Source of the DNA: a virus
Strand: one strand, 5' to 3'
DNA length: 42,455 nt
Virus record (IMG/VR): IMGVR_UViG_3300045988_008427
Coordinates: 1-42,455 of that record
In this document: piece after piece, positions 41,450 to 42,455 of the stretch
Layout: each line of letters opens with the position of its first letter
How positions within the stretch are numbered: position 1 is the first letter of the stretch
Translations under genes and position numbers: made by a program
The notes under the pieces: model-generated
The model's database searches: none
The model's input: the letters and a program-made list of their open reading frames with translations, nothing else
Told to the model about the DNA's origin: nothing

Positions 41450-42455
41450 TTACATACTCTTTCGTTCATTAATTTCAGCCATCTTGGCATCGTTCATTCG
41501 GGAGTTACCGTTGATGTTAGAGTACCCCAAATAACCACAGACACGGGAAATGACAGACAGGTTACTAGAGCCACAATAGGGGCACGTATTACCCACATTA
41601 AAGCTATGCTGGTGACAATCCTCACAGTAAGCCGCATCAAAGTTCACACCCTGATAGAACCCATGAGCCATACCTCGAAGGATCGTGCTCGTGAGAGCCA
41701 GCTTATTCTCAGGGTTGTCAATACGGACATACTGGATGTGCCCGCCCTCAATAAGGTGGAAAAGCTCAAACTCAAGATCCTGCTTTTCAAAGGGAGTAAT
41801 GTCGGCAGACACATGGATATGGAAGGAATTGGTGAAGTATTCCTTACCCTCAAATTCATCCTTAAGGTTATTCTTTGCACAATACTCATGGTACTGAGTC
41901 ATCTGAGTACCACAAAGGGACTCTGCAGGGGTACCATAGAGTGCATAGAGATAGCCGTCTTCCTTCTTAAACTCCTGCACTGCATCGTAGATGAACTTAA
42001 CGACATCCTTAGCCGCCTTCTGTCCCTCAGGAGTCTGAAGGTCCTTACCACCAGTAAAGAGAATAGCAAACTCATTCAAGGCAGAGATACCAAAAGATGC
42101 AGTCATGTACTTAGTAAGCTCACCAACTTCATCTTCAGGATTAAGGAAGCCCTTGTAGAAACCTCCCTGACAGAATGCCATAGGATTCGTACTAGCCTTG
42201 ACATGCTTGAGCATCTCATAACGACGCTTAAGGAACCCTCGAACTTGTTCAAGGTTCACCCTAAGTTCATTCCAGAAGTTACCCTTAGATGCCTTATAGA
42301 TCAACGGAAGGTTGAGAGACACGGCACCAATGTTGCATCGACCAACAGACACGTACTCGTTAGTCTCAGGGTCCTTCCAAGGAGTGAGGTACGCCCTGCA
42401 ACCCATCGGATGGATTACACACTGCTTATTCGATGCTCTATAGGTTTCAGACACA
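41450..42455 (-). CDS. nrdD: Anaerobic ribonucleotide reductase NrdD, C-terminal part
   Basis: The C-terminal CEDCHQHSFNVGNTCPYCGS cysteine cluster is followed by the glycyl-radical motif SRVCGYLGY. This part continues in frame from 1..1268 through the overlap. Confidence 0.88.
   Translation of the reverse strand, partial: VSETYRASNKQCVIHPMGCRAYLTPWKDPETNEYVSVGRCNIGAVSLNLPLIYKASKGNFWNELRVNLEQVRGFLKRRYEMLKHVKASTNPMAFCQGGFYKGFLNPEDEVGELTKYMTASFGISALNEFAILFTGGKDLQTPEGQKAAKDVVKFIYDAVQEFKKEDGYLYALYGTPAESLCGTQMTQYHEYCAKNNLKDEFEGKEYFTNSFHIHVSADITPFEKQDLEFELFHLIEGGHIQYVRIDNPENKLALTSTILRGMAHGFYQGVNFDAAYCEDCHQHSFNVGNTCPYCGSSNLSVISRVCGYLGYSNINGNSRMNDAKMAEINERKSM
42315..42455. repeat. Second copy of the 141-bp terminal overlap
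   Basis: Identical to 1..141. Confidence 0.95.

Noticed and set aside
1-42455. CRISPR arrays, integrase or attachment sites, transposases, rRNA
   Set aside because: None were seen. The repeats present are short arrays without spacers, and no recombinase-like ORF exists on either strand.

Overview
The window is a complete T7-like (Autographiviridae-type) podophage genome. It self-overlaps by 141 bp, giving a unique length of 42314 bp, and it is written in reverse, so every credible gene is on the minus strand. Read right to left, the first block is a repeat-rich non-coding end region (37.6-38.8 kb) followed by early genes. Next come the single-subunit RNA polymerase, a gp2.5-like SSB, endonuclease I and the amidase. 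These are followed by an embedded Rz/Rz1 spanin pair, tRNA-Arg(TCT) and tRNA-Leu(TAG), ThyX, primase-helicase, DNA polymerase and exonuclease. The structural block then runs gp6.7-like, GNAT-like and gp7.3-like proteins, portal, scaffold, capsid, tail tube A and B, internal virion proteins and tail fibre. A distal fibre cassette follows. Class III RNR NrdD is split by the window edge. The last genes are a MazG-like protein, a holin candidate, TerS and TerL. Six copies of a phage promoter, AATAAAATCMATACTCCTAGGGAGAG, can be read on the minus strand. The strongest finding is that the major capsid gene is split by a 678-nt group I intron. It shows P1/P10 pairing and P, Q, R and S core elements, and it carries an EndoVII/HNH homing endonuclease; exon 1 is too short to appear in the ORF track. 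Other findings are two arrays of consensus DnaA boxes with paired GATC sites, iteron-like repeats, and a promoter whose +1 is the first base of a strong hairpin plus U6 terminator. Further findings are a promoter with a structured leader upstream of the RNAP gene, a codon-usage-distinct fibre-tip cassette, and recurrent GCTAG palindromes. All long plus-strand ORFs, including 96..1652, are antisense shadows. Protein family calls come from motifs and remembered T7 sequences. No database search was possible.
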